From Camelus ferus (Eukaryota): DNA of 64,000 bases. The notes beneath the pieces are model-generated. The model worked only from the letters and a program-made list of their open reading frames with translations. It did no database searches and was not told the origin of the DNA. Shown one piece after another: positions 14,161-28,320 of the stretch. Positions within the stretch are counted from its first letter, which is position 1. Every line of letters begins with the position of its first letter. The stretch is taken from NCBI RefSeq assembly GCF_009834535.1, contig NC_045697.1:116872001-116936000 (forward strand), given 5' to 3'. Position numbers and translations under genes: made by a program.

Positions 14161-16930
14161 AGGAATTCGTGGCTTCTTCATTCACATTAATAAACACTGA
14201 GCAGCCCAGGGCCGGGGCACCCTGATGTGATCAAGACTTCATTGGCAAAATGCGACTGTTTGTAGAGCCTGGCAGTGACCACATCATCCCTACCCTCTGA
14301 AGTCAAGGTCAGGGTTGGTTCCTGTTTTTCTACATGGAATATTGAGACAGGAAGAGTCTGAGAGTTTCCACTGACAGAGCGGAAGTCCAGGGCAGACCTA
14401 GAAAGCAGAAGTTCCCGTCCATTAGTCAAAGGTTCAGAACAAAGCGTGGCTTTGTTCGTAAAGTGGAACTAACGGTCCAGGTCGTTTGAGTCGTTTGTGA
14501 TGGAGGAAGTCACAAGTGCTTCACACTTAGCCAATTCTGGAGGAAATGTGGAGATTATTTTAACTCAGTCCAACCTCGGGAAGGCAAGTTATGAAGTGAA
14601 AAACAGTTAGGAAGGTAACTAAATACATTTTTTTTTTGTTAGAAGAACAGTATTCTAAATCACTTAGAAATCCGTTCCTAAGAAAAGTCCTTACTTCCAG
14701 GACTTGGCTGGTTAGAATCTACACATATGAAATCTATGGAATTCTGCCTCTCTACTGCCTCCCCTTAAGAACTGAACAGAGGTTGGTTCTTTCTAATACT
14801 CAGCAGTGCTGTATCTTCACTGTTTCCATGAATGTCCCACAGCCCTGCTAGGGCAGGTTTGGAAAATGGTCTTTTCATGCCTTGAGGAACTCGCTGTCTT
14901 GGTCAGGGTGGTTGGAGGACTGGGCTTGAGTCTGGGGAGGCCAAAGACATGGGCCAGAATAGAATAAACGCCTGTGATTTCTTCTTTGACCCCACGCCAC
15001 ACGCTCAGCTCCTCTTCAGAGAAGGTTCTTCTCCTATTATTGCCCCAGCTCACCACCTCACTGTTCCGGGGCTCGGCAATCCTTTGTTTCTTGGCTTTAT
15101 GCTGAGAGCTCAGTCTCTGTTTTAGTCCCTCCCTTGCTCCCTTCAAAACACCCTTCAACTGGCAAACCTTTAGCTCGATCGCCATCACACGCAGGCTTGT
15201 CTGTTTCTACGAGACTCCGAGCTGCAGCCCGGGTCTTGCCTGGGACTGGGATCTCGTAGGACCGCCATGTCTGGCATGCCTCACTCTGAATTCTTTCTGT
15301 CTGAAACCCAGCAACCAAGTGGGTCCAGATATTGAGGGACGATGGTAAACACATGTTGCTGGAAGAAGTGGATTAACCGTGACGAAAACCCTGAGCAGAA
15401 GTAACATCTCATCTCATCCGTCACATTTCCTCCCCCCTCAAGGCTGTCACGGCATCCTGCACCCTGTTTTGCCCTCCCTCACATTGACTAACTGGTTCAC
15501 CATCACCAACTCTAAGCCAAGAGATCTTACCTGTTTTTTTCGCTTTGGTCTAGTGCTTTTAATGGCCAAAACCCTACTATGATAAGCACTGTCGAAAAAC
15601 AGAGCAGATAGTACTTAGGGGATCATTCACAGCCAGACGCCTGCCACACGGTCACTGGAGACACACCCACATCAGCACGTGATTTCAGCAGATTAGAGAT
15701 TTGCAATGTTAAGATCTTCCTTCAGTGCGTCGGACGGTTGGAACATGACAGAGTTTCCTTCCCATAGCAAAGATGAGCCTCAAGTTGTGACGGGTCTCTG
15801 TTTTCTCGAATGGGTTTTAGAGTTATTTTTAATGAAGGGCTCTGAGCTGAATTGTCACTTTCCTTTTTGTCTTGTTCACGAGAAGTCTTGGAACTTGGCC
15901 CATGTGATAGAACAGACCTTTGACTTCAGAGCTCAGGATGTTTTGACTTATTTTTGCTCAGTGATAAATGCAGACAGACATTCACAGCTCCACCCAGCAT
16001 GCTTAGCATTCACCTGTGGTTCCACAAAACCTGTCACCCCGTGTTCAAAGCGTGGGGCACTTAATAAATCCGTGCAGAGGCGGCTGTGTGTAGCACTCAT
16101 TCTCAGTGAATTTTCACATTCATCTTCTCAAGAGAATGTCCTCTTTGTGCTTTTGAATAAAAAATGACTTGGGAGAACATCAAAATTCAGAGGAAATATT
16201 CCGATTTTGGGAAAAGATAAGTTTTACTGACAAGTCTCATCTTTTCAAAGACAGCTGCATAAGCTTTAATACACGTGAACACCCACATATCTTTAAAACC
16301 CCACCTTCTCTCCCCACTCTGACAGTTAGAATTGTATTTCTTCACCATCACGAGGTCTTTAGAGAGGACAGTCCTGCATCATTTTGACACACCTGGATGC
16401 AGAGAGATGAATGCTCCTCGTCTCTGAAACCCTTCAGGTGAATTGCTTTAACCAGTTTCCTGCTTTCCGAGGTTGTTTTTCTGCCATCCTTTCAGATGGA
16501 TCAGAGTTCATTTACTTCTGTTAACAGCCATATTTTATAAAAAGTGAAATTCCCCTCACAGTAGTGGTCATAGCTCTGATGTTAGCACTAAAAGGGAAAT
16601 TTGCAAGGATGCTTGAAGAAGACCTGGCTCAGCCTGAGGACTGCCACGCCCCTGCTTCCCCGAATCCCGCCTTCCTGCAGTGACGGACGCCAGGCAGGGC
16701 AGGACAGAAGGTCTTTCTGGGACAGTCAGCATATTTTGCTGAGGGGAGAGGGATGTGAGGGAAAACAGACGATATTAGCTGAAAAACAATTACTCCTATC
16801 AGCTGAAAACTCCCTTTGTCAGTTGAAGAACAATTATTAAAATAATTTAATGGAAAATGTATCATTCAAAATGTTTTTGGATTTAAAGGAGAGAAATGGT
16901 AAATGAAATACAATTTACTCATCGGTAGCT

Positions 16931-17271
16931 CAGGGGTTGATTCTCTATGGTCCGTGGGTGAAAAATGCCCCTCACCTCCTGCAGCCCAGTTTTGTGTGGT
17001 CTGTGAGCTACCAATGGTTTCTATAGTTTTAGATGATTGAAAAAAAAAATCAAAAGGTTAAGAATATTCCAGTAACGCTTAAAAATTCCATAATATGTAT
17101 ATTTCACTGTCTATAACAAAGTTTTATTGGAATGTAGTCACTGCCATTTGTCTATATATTGTTTGACTGCTTTTGTATCACGATGGAGTTGAGTACTTGC
17201 TAGTTGAGATGGTATGGCCCTCAAACCGAAAACACTCATTGTCTTCCCTTGACAAGGTTTGCTGACCACTA
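16931..17271. mobile_element. MER58B-like hAT-Charlie non-autonomous DNA transposon
   Basis: Starts caggggttg and ends aaggtttgctgaccacta (degenerate TIRs); internal aaagttttattggaa...gagttgagtacttgc motifs; ~340 bp. Confidence 0.75.
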
Positions 17272-17305
17272 GGCTAGACTATTATATCACAGTTAAAGTC
17301 ATACT

Positions 17306-17546
17306 ATTATTATTTATTATTTATTTTTTATTGAAGTATGGTTGATTTTCAGTGCTTCAGGTCTACAGTAAAGAGATACACTTATAAATATATATGTAAA
17401 TATATATTGTTTTTCAGATTCTTTTCCATTATAGTTTATTACAAGATACTGAATACAGTTCCCTGTGCTGTACAGTAGACCCTTGTTTTTCATCTATTTT
17501 GTATATGATAGTTTGTATCCCAAATTCCAAATTCATCCCTCCCGCA
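17306..17546 (-). mobile_element. Short 5'-truncated L1 3' end with TSD
   Basis: L1 3'UTR motifs; TSD ttaaagt(c/g)atact at 17293-17305 and 17547-17559. Confidence 0.85.
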
Positions 17547-17624
17547 TTAAAGTGATACTGTTTAAAAATATTTAATTGTGAGAGAAATGTTTATGATGTA
17601 ACATTAAGTGAAACAATTATGACA

Positions 17625-17629
<5 letters not shown>

Positions 17630-17668
<39 letters not shown>
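17630..17668. repeat. (TA)n microsatellite
   Basis: About 19 perfect TA units. Confidence 0.95.
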
Positions 17669-17674
<6 letters not shown>

Positions 17675-17939
17675 ATTCCAAATAGTTTATTTTCATTGCA
17701 TAATTTTTGCCTTTCCCCTGGTGGAAGTGTAAGGTTTATGAAACTAAAACAAAACAAAACAGAAAAACAGCTGAAAATCTGGCATGTATGTATGTATGTA
17801 TGTAAATTTCTTAAGACAGTTTACTTTTCCAGGTCGGAAAGAGAGGGATAGGAAAATGCCAGATGTAAATATATAAATAATAGAACCAATTACTAGGATA
17901 GGAGATTGTCGATATTGTTGTTTTCTTGGCTATGAATTT

Positions 17940-19087
17940 TTAATTTTTTTTTCTTTTTTGTATTGGGATATAGTTGAGTATAATATTATATTAGCTCCAG
18001 GTTACAACATAGTGGTTCCATATTGCTATAGTTTTATACTCCATTTAATAATATACTATTAAATACTCCATAACAAAGTTATTACAAACTATGACTATAT
18101 TTTCCTGTGCTGTATACTATATCTTTGTTGTTTATTTTATACATAGTAGTTTGTGACTGTCAGTCCCCTGCCCCTATCTCACCCCTCCCCCTTTCTCTTC
18201 CCACTGGTAACCACAACTTTGTTCTCTATGTCCATGGATCTGTTTCTGTTTTATTGTATACATTGGTTTGTTTTATTTTTTAGATTCTACATGTAATTGA
18301 TAACAGAGTGTTTGTCTTTGTCTGACTTATTTTACTAAGCATAGTATTCTGTAGGTTTCTCCATGTTCTGGCAAAGGGCAGTTTTTCATTCTTTTTTTAT
18401 GGATGAATAATATTCCACTGTGTATATATACACCATATCTTCTTTATCCATTCATCTATTGATTGGCACTTAAGTTGCTTCTTTATCTTGGCTATTGTAA
18501 TAATGCTGCTGTGAACATAGGAATGCATGTATCTTTTCAAATTAGTGTTTTTGTTTTCTTCAGATACATACCCAGGAGTAGACTTGCTGGATCATATGGT
18601 AGCTCTATTTTTAGTTTTTTGAGGAACCTCCATATTGCTTCCCATAGTGGCTGCACCAATTTCCAATCTTACCAACAGTGTGTGAGGGTCTCATTTTCTC
18701 CACAACCTCATCAACATTTGTTATTTTCAGTCTTTTTGATGATAGCCATTCTGACAGGTGTGAGGTGATACCTCATTGTGGTTTGCTTTGCATTTCTCTG
18801 ATGATTAGCAAGGTTGAGCATCTTTTCATGCACCGGCTGGCCATCTGTAAGTCATTTGGAAAAATGTCTATTCAGTTCTTCTTTGCATTTTTAAGGGTTC
18901 TTTGCTTTTTTGATGTTGAGTTGTATAAGCTGTTCAGTAGGTTGTCTTTTTGTTTGGTCAATGGTTTCCTTTTCTGTGCAAAAGGTTTTAAGTTTCATTA
19001 GGTCCCTTTTGTTTATTTTCTTCCTTCCTTCCTCCCTCCCCTCTTTCTTTCTTCCTTCCTTCCTTCCTTTGTTTCTTTTCTTTCTTT

Positions 19088-19184
<97 letters not shown>

Positions 19185-20210
19185 TTTTCTTTTCCTTCCT
19201 TCTTCCTTCCTTCCTTCCTTCCTTCCTTCCTTCCTTCCTTCCTTCCTTCCTTCCTTCCTTCCTTCCTTCCTTCCTTCCTTTCTTCCTTCCTTCCTTCTTT
19301 TCTTGCCTTAGGAAACAAGTTCAAATCATAGGGCTATGATTTATGTCAAAGAGTGTTCTACCTATGTTCTTTTCTAGGATTTTGATGGTTTCAGGTTATA
19401 CATTTAGGTCTTTAATTCATTTTGAGTTTACTTTTGTATATGGTATCAGGAAGTGTTCTAATCTCATTCTTTTCCATGTAGCTGTATAGTTTTCTCAACA
19501 CCACATGTTGAAGAGCCTGTCTTTTCTCCTTTGTGTATTCTTGCCTCCTTTGTCATGGATTAATTTGCTGTAGGTGTGTGGGTTTATTTCAGGGCTGCTT
19601 TCTGTTCCATTGATCTCTGTGTCTGTTTTTGTGCCAGTACAACAATATTTTGACTACCACAGCTTTGTGGTATAGTCTGAAGTCAGGGAGCAAGATACCT
19701 CCAGCTGGGTTCCTTTTTCTCAAGGTTGTTTTGGCAATTCAGGGCCTTTTGTGGTTCCATATAAATTTTAGGATTATTTGTTCTACTTCTGTGAAAAATA
19801 TCCTGGGTAATTTGATAAGGATTGCATTAAATCTGCAGATTGCCTTGGGTAGTGTGGCCATTTTAACAATATTCTTCCAGTCCAAGAGCATGGGGTATCT
19901 TTCCATCCCCTTGTATAATCTTCCAATTCCTTCATCAGTGTTTTATAGTTTTCAGCATGTAGGTCATTCTCCTCCTTGGTTAAGTTTATTCCTAGGTGTT
20001 TTATTCTTTTTGATATGATTGCAAATGAGTTTGTTTCTTTAATTTCTCTTTCTGAAAGTTCATTTTTAGTATATAAGAAAGCAACAGATATCTATATATT
20101 ACTCTTATATCCTGCAACTTTACTGAATTCATATTTTAGTTCTAATAGTTTTTTTTTTTTTTATTTTGGATGGGAGCGTTAGCATTTCCTATATGTAGTA
20201 TCATGTCATC
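17940..20210 (-). mobile_element. ~2.3 kb 5'-truncated L1 (3' part of ORF2 plus 3'UTR)
   Basis: Continuous L1 antisense motifs: ccatagtggctgcaccaat, gatagccattctgacaggtgtgaggtgatacctcattgtgg, gttccatataaattttaggatt, tcctgcaactttactgaattc. Interrupted by a microsatellite. Confidence 0.92.
19017..19305. repeat. Compound (TTCC)n/(TTTC)n microsatellite
   Basis: About 290 bp of nearly pure pyrimidine tetranucleotide arrays inside the L1. Confidence 0.95.
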
Positions 20211-22220
20211 TTTCAGCTACACATTTTAAGAATTTCCCACATTTTCTAAAATGAGTAGATTTACTTTTAATTGCTTTTAAAATATGAAACAAACATTTCT
20301 AAAGGGAAGAGAAACAGCCCAGAAGTTGTTACCTGTTTCAGTTGTTTTTGTGCATCATTTCCTCATTTCTCTGAGGGCCTTGTATGAATTGCTGAGGAGA
20401 ATGCTGGCCTGTCTCGTGTATTGACTTGTGTTGTTGAAGTTCAGTGTCAGATTTCAACTCCCTCTGAATGCTTCCTGACCCTAAGAATGCAAAGCGCTAT
20501 CTGCAGACGACTTTGTTCCAAAAACACTGACTGATAAAAGCCTTTTGGTCGATCTGGATAAGTCTGAAGTGCCCATGTCTTTGAAAGCCGTGTTGTGTCT
20601 TCCATGCACATTTGGTTACGCTGGTTTATACATGTCTCCCATTGCACAATGGACTGCTTTTACCTCGAATTTATTATTACTATTTTTTAAATTGGCATAC
20701 CGTTTGGAGCATATACTTTTAAAATTGTGTTTATCTAATATCTAAGATAATTAGGTCCCAGCAGCCCCAAATCATTTAGTAAAATAAAACCAAACAAAAA
20801 GGATTAAGATAACAATTAAGTTCTTTAGTTATGGTTTATGTTTCTTCTCTATTTTTCTCTTAATTGTACACCAAGGCCTATAGCCTGTTTTCCACAATCT
20901 AAAGGACATTCTGTGTGCCCTGGCCTAAATTGGAAGGCTAAAAGGAGGAAGATTTTTATTTTGAACAAAACAGTAAAGTAGGTGATTAGAATGATTAAGT
21001 GAATGCTATTGAAATTATTGAGGTTGCTGTAACACTACATTCAAGGATGGTGAGAGAGGGTGACCGTTTCTTGTATTAAAGACCAGAGATAAGAACTCAG
21101 TGAGAAGGCAAACCAGCAAGGGGGTAAAATAAACGTCTTTAACAAAAAAACAAACAGTTATAGAATGAGAACCTCTCAGGTTACTTAGAAGAGCTTTAAA
21201 AATCCCTGTGATGTCTTGACATTCCAGCCATAATTTCAGTCTTCTGTAGTCCAGGCCTGCTAAGAATGAGTTAAATGGGTTTTGTTTTGTTTTTCTTTCA
21301 GATCTTTATCTCTTAGTTGTTGTTTTTTTCCAAGGCACCATTCTGATTTTTCAGTTACAAGCGAAGCTGGTTTACCTTACCTCACCTCTCAGTGACTTTA
21401 TTTGGTAGATGTGGGGGCTTGAGCGTGATCTTTTGGTTTTAAGTTTAAAGCGTCATTTCATGTTCAGTTTACCAATGAAATTTCTAAACCGTCCAGAATG
21501 AGGCAACAACATTTGAGTGATCAGTTTTTGGAAAAGTCACCCATGCACAGGCAGTTGAAGAAATGACATTTGCTTAAACTTTGTGAGGCTGTGACCTCAC
21601 CTGTAAGTGAATAAATAATCCATCACCCGGAGCGCCACTGTTTCTATCAGAAAAGAAGAAAAAATCCTCCTGCTTCTTTTTTCTTTCTTTGGAGTTTATA
21701 GTTGCTGGCGTGAACCATACAATTTCACTGTTAAATTTGCGACTTCTAAAAATCCCTTCTCTTCCTGACATCATGCTGTGGCCTTAGAAAGTCAGACAGT
21801 TGTTTTTACAAATAGAGAGCAGCTCCACTCAGACACTGAATAGACAATTATAAATGTCTGGATTCTTTCCTTTTTCAGGGCGGCTGCTTTTAGATGTGGA
21901 AGAAAACCGCATTAACCAGAGGACGTTGTTATTGGTGGTTAGTGGTCTTTTCCTGCCACATCTGTAAGGCATCTTGTTTAAAAAAACAAAACCAAAAAAC
22001 CAAACTTTTCTCTCCTTGTCGAACAGTAATGTTTTGTGTTACAAGACTTCTATCAGGAAGTATCGAGGTATAAAAATATTAAATGTTCAGAAGACAAAGG
22101 ACCGTGCGCTAACGTTCTGTTATAAAACTTGTACCAGGAAGCATCGCTGAGGTATAAAAGGACCATTCATGTCATCTGATCACAGTGTGGCATGTGGCAG
22201 GTGACAGTGTGACGCTGTAA

Positions 22221-22574
<354 letters not shown>

Positions 22575-22734
22575 TGAAGGAGTTTTCTGCACCTTGAGTT
22601 TTTATGAAGCCAGGGTTTAGGTTCTGGAATGCTGTATTTCGCAAGCATAGTACCCCATCACAAGATGTTATATCCTTTCGGGAAATATTCAGAAATGTCC
22701 GTTAGCCCTTTCATTACATGCTGAATAAGTACTT

Positions 22735-22930
22735 CCTCAGCACTTCACTCCTGCAATAGCCGTACCCATTATAGATACAATTTATTGAGATAGCCCATCG
22801 ACGGTTCTCCAAGGTGAGTGTTCTTACCTGACTTGGGAGGCAAGTAAGTAAACTGAAGTTTGGTGAGGTTAAGTAACTCACCCAGGTTCTTACAACTACT
22901 GAAAGCCGGGGCTGGGATTCCTGGGGTCCG
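22735..22930 (-). mobile_element. MIR SINE
   Basis: gtaaactgaagtttggtgaggttaagtaactcacccaggt core in reverse orientation. Confidence 0.6.
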
Positions 22931-23127
22931 CTGACAGTCAAAGTTTGTCTTATTTCTGATATTCCACACTGTTTCAATGGTCACTTGGCCACCTAGCTTA
23001 CAGCCACCGTTTCCTCTGTTTTCTTTCCAGTAATTTTTTGCAAATATTTTATTACAACTAGACATTAGAGAATTATAAATATTGGCCATCTACATAATTG
23101 AGTGATTCAATGTTTTGTAGGTTTCTT

Positions 23128-23689
23128 TTTTTTCCTTTCACATTTTTTAAAATTGAAGTATAGTCAGTTTACAATGTTGTGTCAGTTTCTGGTGTACAGC
23201 ATCATGTTTCAGTCCTACATATACATACATAGAATCGTTTTCATGTTCTTTTTCATTATAGTTTGTTACAAGATATTGAATATAGTTCCCTATGCTACAC
23301 AGTATAAACTTGTTGTTTATCTATTTTATATATAGTAGTTAGTGTCTGCACATCTCGAACTCCCAATTTATCCCTTCCCACCCACTTCCTCACTTGGTAA
23401 CCATAAGTTTGTTTTCTATGTCTGTGTTTCTGTTTTGTAAATAAGTTTATTTGTGCCTTCTAACAGAAATTCTACATATGAATGATATCATATGGTATTT
23501 TTCTTTCTCTTTCTGGCTTACTTCATTTAGAATGATGATCTCCAGGTCCATCCATGTTACTACAAATGGCATTAGTTTTTATTTTTTTATGACTGAATAG
23601 TATTCTGTTGTATAAATATACCACATCTTCTTTATCCAGTCATCTGTTGATGGATATTTAGGTTGTTTCTATGTCTTGGCTGTTGTAAA
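23128..23689 (-). mobile_element. 5'-truncated L1 with perfect 12-bp TSD
   Basis: L1 3'UTR and ORF2-end motifs; TSD tgtaggtttctt at 23116-23127 and 23690-23701. Confidence 0.92.
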
Positions 23690-24842
23690 TGTAGGTTTCT
23701 TATAACTCTTATCTCCTTTTGGTGAAGATCTCATGACTCTCCCTACTCCTCATTCCAATTATGACCTTCCTTCCTCCTTTTTAGAAAAGCTGGTTTTCTG
23801 TAGTTGTCACGTTAATTAGTATTTTGTGGCAATTTAGGACTGCCTTCACACATGTGCAAACCATTCTCCTTATGTTAATTCTTGTGTGTATGTGTGCATG
23901 TGTGTGTGTGACATTTCAGCAAAGAACCAGAGGGAGACAAAAATGTAAGAAGAAAATCAGTTTGGTGCAGAGTCAGTGTGGGATTGGGAACCTCCGAGAT
24001 GGAGGGGACGACCTCTGGTGTCTGTGCTGCGAAGCCCCCAGTGAGAACTGAGCCTGAGAGCAGGCTACTTGGTTTGGCAAGCTGGTCATCAGGCGTCACC
24101 AAATACTCACGAAAATACAGCTAAGCAGCTCAGGCTGGTTTGAAGCTCTGTATGTGTATTATTATTCCATTTCATTAGCACACTCACTCTGTGAGGTAGG
24201 CAACCGTTCTCCATTTTACAGGCAGGGAAACTGAGGCATAAAGAGGTTATTATCAAGAACTGTGAAGGCTCTGAGGTCATACTCTTCCTGTAAGCTGACA
24301 CGTAGCTAGCCACAGGTTCATAAAAGACAGAAGGCTTCCAGCTCAGAGACAAATGACTTTGCTAGTCGTGTTGCTTTGCCCTTCGAGTCCCACTGGGTGA
24401 TATGAGGTGGCCCCAGTGAATGCTGTATATGGTGGGTTTTTGTACATTTTGAGAAACTGTAAGCCTAGGAAACCCCAATCTTCTAAGAGTTGCTAGCAAA
24501 CCTGCCCAACATTTGCCCCAGAAGCTGACATTATCTTTATTATCTTGGTCAGGAAGCAAATCTGTCTTCCACCCCAGCAGGAGACACTCTTTATATCTTC
24601 CAAAGCTGTTTGCTCTACTGACATCCTTGAAGAGAGCATGCAGAACAAAACTTGATAGAAGATGTGCAGAAATGCCTTCGAGAATTTTTTAACAGTTTCC
24701 TGTCTTACTTGGCTAACTGTGGATGCCATCATTTTAACTATTATTCTATAACAATTACCAAGTCATCCTTTGTTTAATGAAAGAAGTTGGTGTGATAAAA
24801 TGTAGTAGCAAATATGGAGAAAGAATAAAGATTTCAAGGATT

Positions 24843-25145
24843 AAACGGACTCACAGACATAGAAAACAAGCTGTTGTTACCAAAGGGGAAAGATGGGGGG
24901 AGAAATAACTTGGCAATTTGGGATTAACATATATATACTACTGTATATAAAATAGATAAACAACAAGGTCTTACTGTGTAGCACAGGGAACTCTGCTTAA
25001 CACCTTATAATAGCCTATAATGGAAAAGAATCTGAAAAAGAATATATATATATATTATATATATATTATATATATATTATATATATAAATAAATCTATTG
25101 AAAAATCTCTATATAGAATCTCTATGTAAAATCATATATATATAT
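24843..25145 (+). mobile_element. L1 3'UTR fragment with TA expansion
   Basis: gactcacagacatagaaaacaa...gtagcacagggaac...gcctataatggaaaagaatctgaaaaag. Confidence 0.85.
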
Positions 25146-25518
25146 ATGAGGGAAGCTACAGCTATCCTTCAACAAATGAAGATGTATTTTTGCAACATCT
25201 ACTGTGCGTTTTACTGTAGAAAACCACCACAGGGGTCACAGAGTAGTATAAGATGGTCATCCTCTCTGCCCCTAGAAGATGACTTAGTTAGGAAAATATA
25301 CTATATAAAACAAAAATATAGATCCATGTAAGAATGGGTGGCTAAAATTATATACGTTCTTAGTGTTACAAGTCAAAAGAAGACCTTGCTGCAAAATAGA
25401 TAGTGAAGGAGAAAGTTTGAGTAGGATTGTAGGCTGTAAATGAGAAAGACGATGGAAAAAACATGAGAAAATACATAGGACTGGGGCTGTTCATGCAATA
25501 TTGAAGATATCCTAAATA

Positions 25519-25833
25519 CAGGCACAGCTCAGAGAGATTTTGGGGTCGGCTTCAGACTACTACAATAAAACAAATACTGCAGTAAAGTGAGTCACGTGAA
25601 TTTTTAGGTTTCCCAGTGCATGTAAAAATTATGTTTACAGTATATTATAATCTCTTCAGGGTGCAATAGCATTATGTCTAAAAAAAAACCAATGTATTCA
25701 TCTTAATTAAAACATAATGCTGCTGGGAAATTGCTCTGATAGACTTACCCCATAGACTTCTTGATGAAGAGTTGCCACAAACCAACTTGTAAAAAGCTCA
25801 ATGACTGGGACATGCAATAAAAATGTTCGCCTG
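25519..25833 (-). mobile_element. Internally deleted Tigger1-like (TcMar) element
   Basis: TA|CAGGCA left end and GCCTG right end (TIRs). Both Tigger1 termini are recognisable (gtgagtcacgtgaatttttaggtttcccagtgcat; atagacttcttgatgaagagttgccacaaacc) with no transposase between them. Confidence 0.8.
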
Positions 25834-26094
25834 TGTACTATTTGTCTGAAGCAGTTATGTAAGGGAGTAGTGATGCTCACTGCCTGTGAGAGTTATGCTA
25901 GAACATTGAGGAAGAGAGCTATTTTCACAGAGTAGAGTTACAAAGTAACTCCTGACTCAGCAGGAGCAAATCCCCGCTGAGTCTCCCCCGCATCAGCGGT
26001 TTTATCATTGCCATGTCTATTTTCTGTGGTCTTGAGGACATATCTGGGCACATGGAATTGCTATTATAATGTTTCAAATCCGTAAATGAATACT

Positions 26095-26320
26095 ATTAAT
26101 AACCTCACCATCATATAACACTTGCTGTGTGCCTAGCACTGTTCTAAGCACTTGGTTCTAAGCACTAAGGTATTAACTTATTTAATTCTCCTATCAACTA
26201 TAAAGTAAATACTATTATTTCTATTTCAGAGATGAAGAAGTCAAGAGAAAGAGAAATTAAGTAACTTGGCATGGCTGGTATGCAACAGAACTTGTAGTCA
26301 CACTCAGGAGTTCTGTTTTA
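26095..26320 (-). mobile_element. MIR SINE
   Basis: tgtgtgcctagcactgttctaagcactt...ttatttaattctc...cagagatgaagaagtc...aattaagtaacttg. Confidence 0.7.
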
Positions 26321-28064
26321 GGAGACAAATCCCCTACGATGCCTCTTCCTATTCCTTTGGTGGGGAAACGGCACTGCTGTCATCCAATTTTCCAAGTCAA
26401 ATGTTTGGAGTCATTCAGGGGCTTCACAGTACTTACCTTCCATTCATACCGTGACCAAATCCTTCATATCCACCCCAATCCATCTTGTCTCACGAATAGC
26501 TGGTGCCTTACCTGAGTTCGGACTTTAACCAGCTATCACCCGGATGACTCCCTCCAGTGCCCTCAAACCATAGGAGCCAAGATCACCTTTGGTCTGAGAC
26601 ACTGGGCATCAGCTGCTGCTGCCCGAGCAGGAGCTGAGCCTCTGGGTAGGTCAGCTCTATCTGTGGTCTGCCCTCTGCTCCTGATGCCTGGGGCAGGGGC
26701 AGGGGGTGAGGGAAGGGGTCTTCCTCATCCTTGATAATCCCTGAGGATGGGATCTCTGACCTGCCCAACTTCAGACACCAAGACTGGAGTTCCTAACTTT
26801 GGATCCTGTTAAAGCACTGAAAATCTAAGTCAGAAGTTACTCTGATTGTTAAGAGTTCATTTAATTACTGTTTACAGAAGTTTATCAAGCTCCATATACA
26901 CAGATGGCTTTGTGAGAAGGCACTTATTTTTTTTTAAATCCATCCAACTTTTATTTACTTCCCACAGTAACAGACAAAAGGCTAACTTCCCCTAGATGTT
27001 GCTGTGTTTTACAGTTCCACCAGGAAGGTATGAGAGTGCCTGTTTCCTGTCTTTTGCCAGCTTTGGGAAGTGGAAAACTGATTTTTTTTTTTTTTTTTTG
27101 CTGTTTTTATGGAGGATAGGGGAGTTTTGTATATATTTTGAGTTCATATATTACTAGTGAGGCTGAGGATTTTGTATTTTCAAATATTGATGGTTTGCAT
27201 TTTGTTTTCTATGAATTGCCTGTTTGAATCGTTGATCTTTTTTTTATTGCATTCCATAACTTTTTTCTTATTGATTTATAAAAACATTTTTAATACCATG
27301 AAGATGAGCCATTATCTAGTCCCAAATGTCTCAAATAATTTCTCTTACTTTGCTGGTTTTCTTTGGACTTCGCTAATAGTAGATTTTGCTCCAGAGCAAT
27401 TTTATATTTTTTGTAAGATCATATTCATTTACTCTTTTTCACTCCCCATGTTGAGCCTCATACAGTGTTTATAGAGAGATGCTTATTGAAAATGTTTACT
27501 GAAAAAGTAAATGAAGAAAAGAACAAACTTAGGTCATTTTTCATGAGTACCATAATAGTTATCTTTTATACAATAATCCTTCTCATCAATTACGCTGAAA
27601 TATTTAAAGTCAAAATATATGCCTTACTTAAATGGCATTTGGGAGTGTGTTGGGTTGTCTTGGATGGGTTTTGTGAGCAGTCTTAGAAAAGTTATGCCTG
27701 AAGCAAACCAAAGTCACGAGATCTAGGGCACCACAGCAAGGCGAGGGAACACAGAACGCAGTTGTTAATTTTCTGTACACAACACTCTCTGTGTTTCACC
27801 CAGTTACCAAATCCACATTCACAAAGGCTATGCCATTTTCCTGGGTCTGTAAAATGTGACGGAGGCACAAGTAACCTTTTATTCTTGAAGCCTGGGGCAG
27901 GAACTGAGTAGATAAAAATTTGCTTCCATTAGGATGACAAAGAGTGGTATTCTAGAGAGCGTTGGAGTTTCCAAGGCTTGGTCAAAATTTTTTCGAAAGA
28001 TTAAATAACAGAAGAAGATTTAAGAGGTAGAAAACTTGCTTTCTGACCTCGGATATAGTCTGTA

Positions 28065-28320
28065 TAATAGGTAGGGATTGAGATTCCGGATTCCGGAGCC
28101 AGCCTGCTAAACTTGAATTCCAACTGCCAATAACTAACTTTTTTTTTTTTAACATTGAGAAGTTCCTTCATCTCTCTCTGCCTTGGTTTCCTCATCTGTA
28201 AAATAAGGATAATAATATCGTTTATCTAGAGGGCTATTGAGAGGATGCAATACTTTTATATGTGTAAAGGATTTAGAATAATGCTTGTTACACTGTAGGT
28301 GCCCAGTGAGTACTCATATT
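28065..28320 (+). mobile_element. MIR SINE
   Basis: ctctctgccttggtttcctcatctgtaaaataaggataataat core. Confidence 0.8.

Noticed and set aside
18910..19324. 133-aa F/L/S/P-rich and 103-aa K/E/R-rich ORFs
   Set aside because: Translations of the TTTC/TTCC microsatellite.
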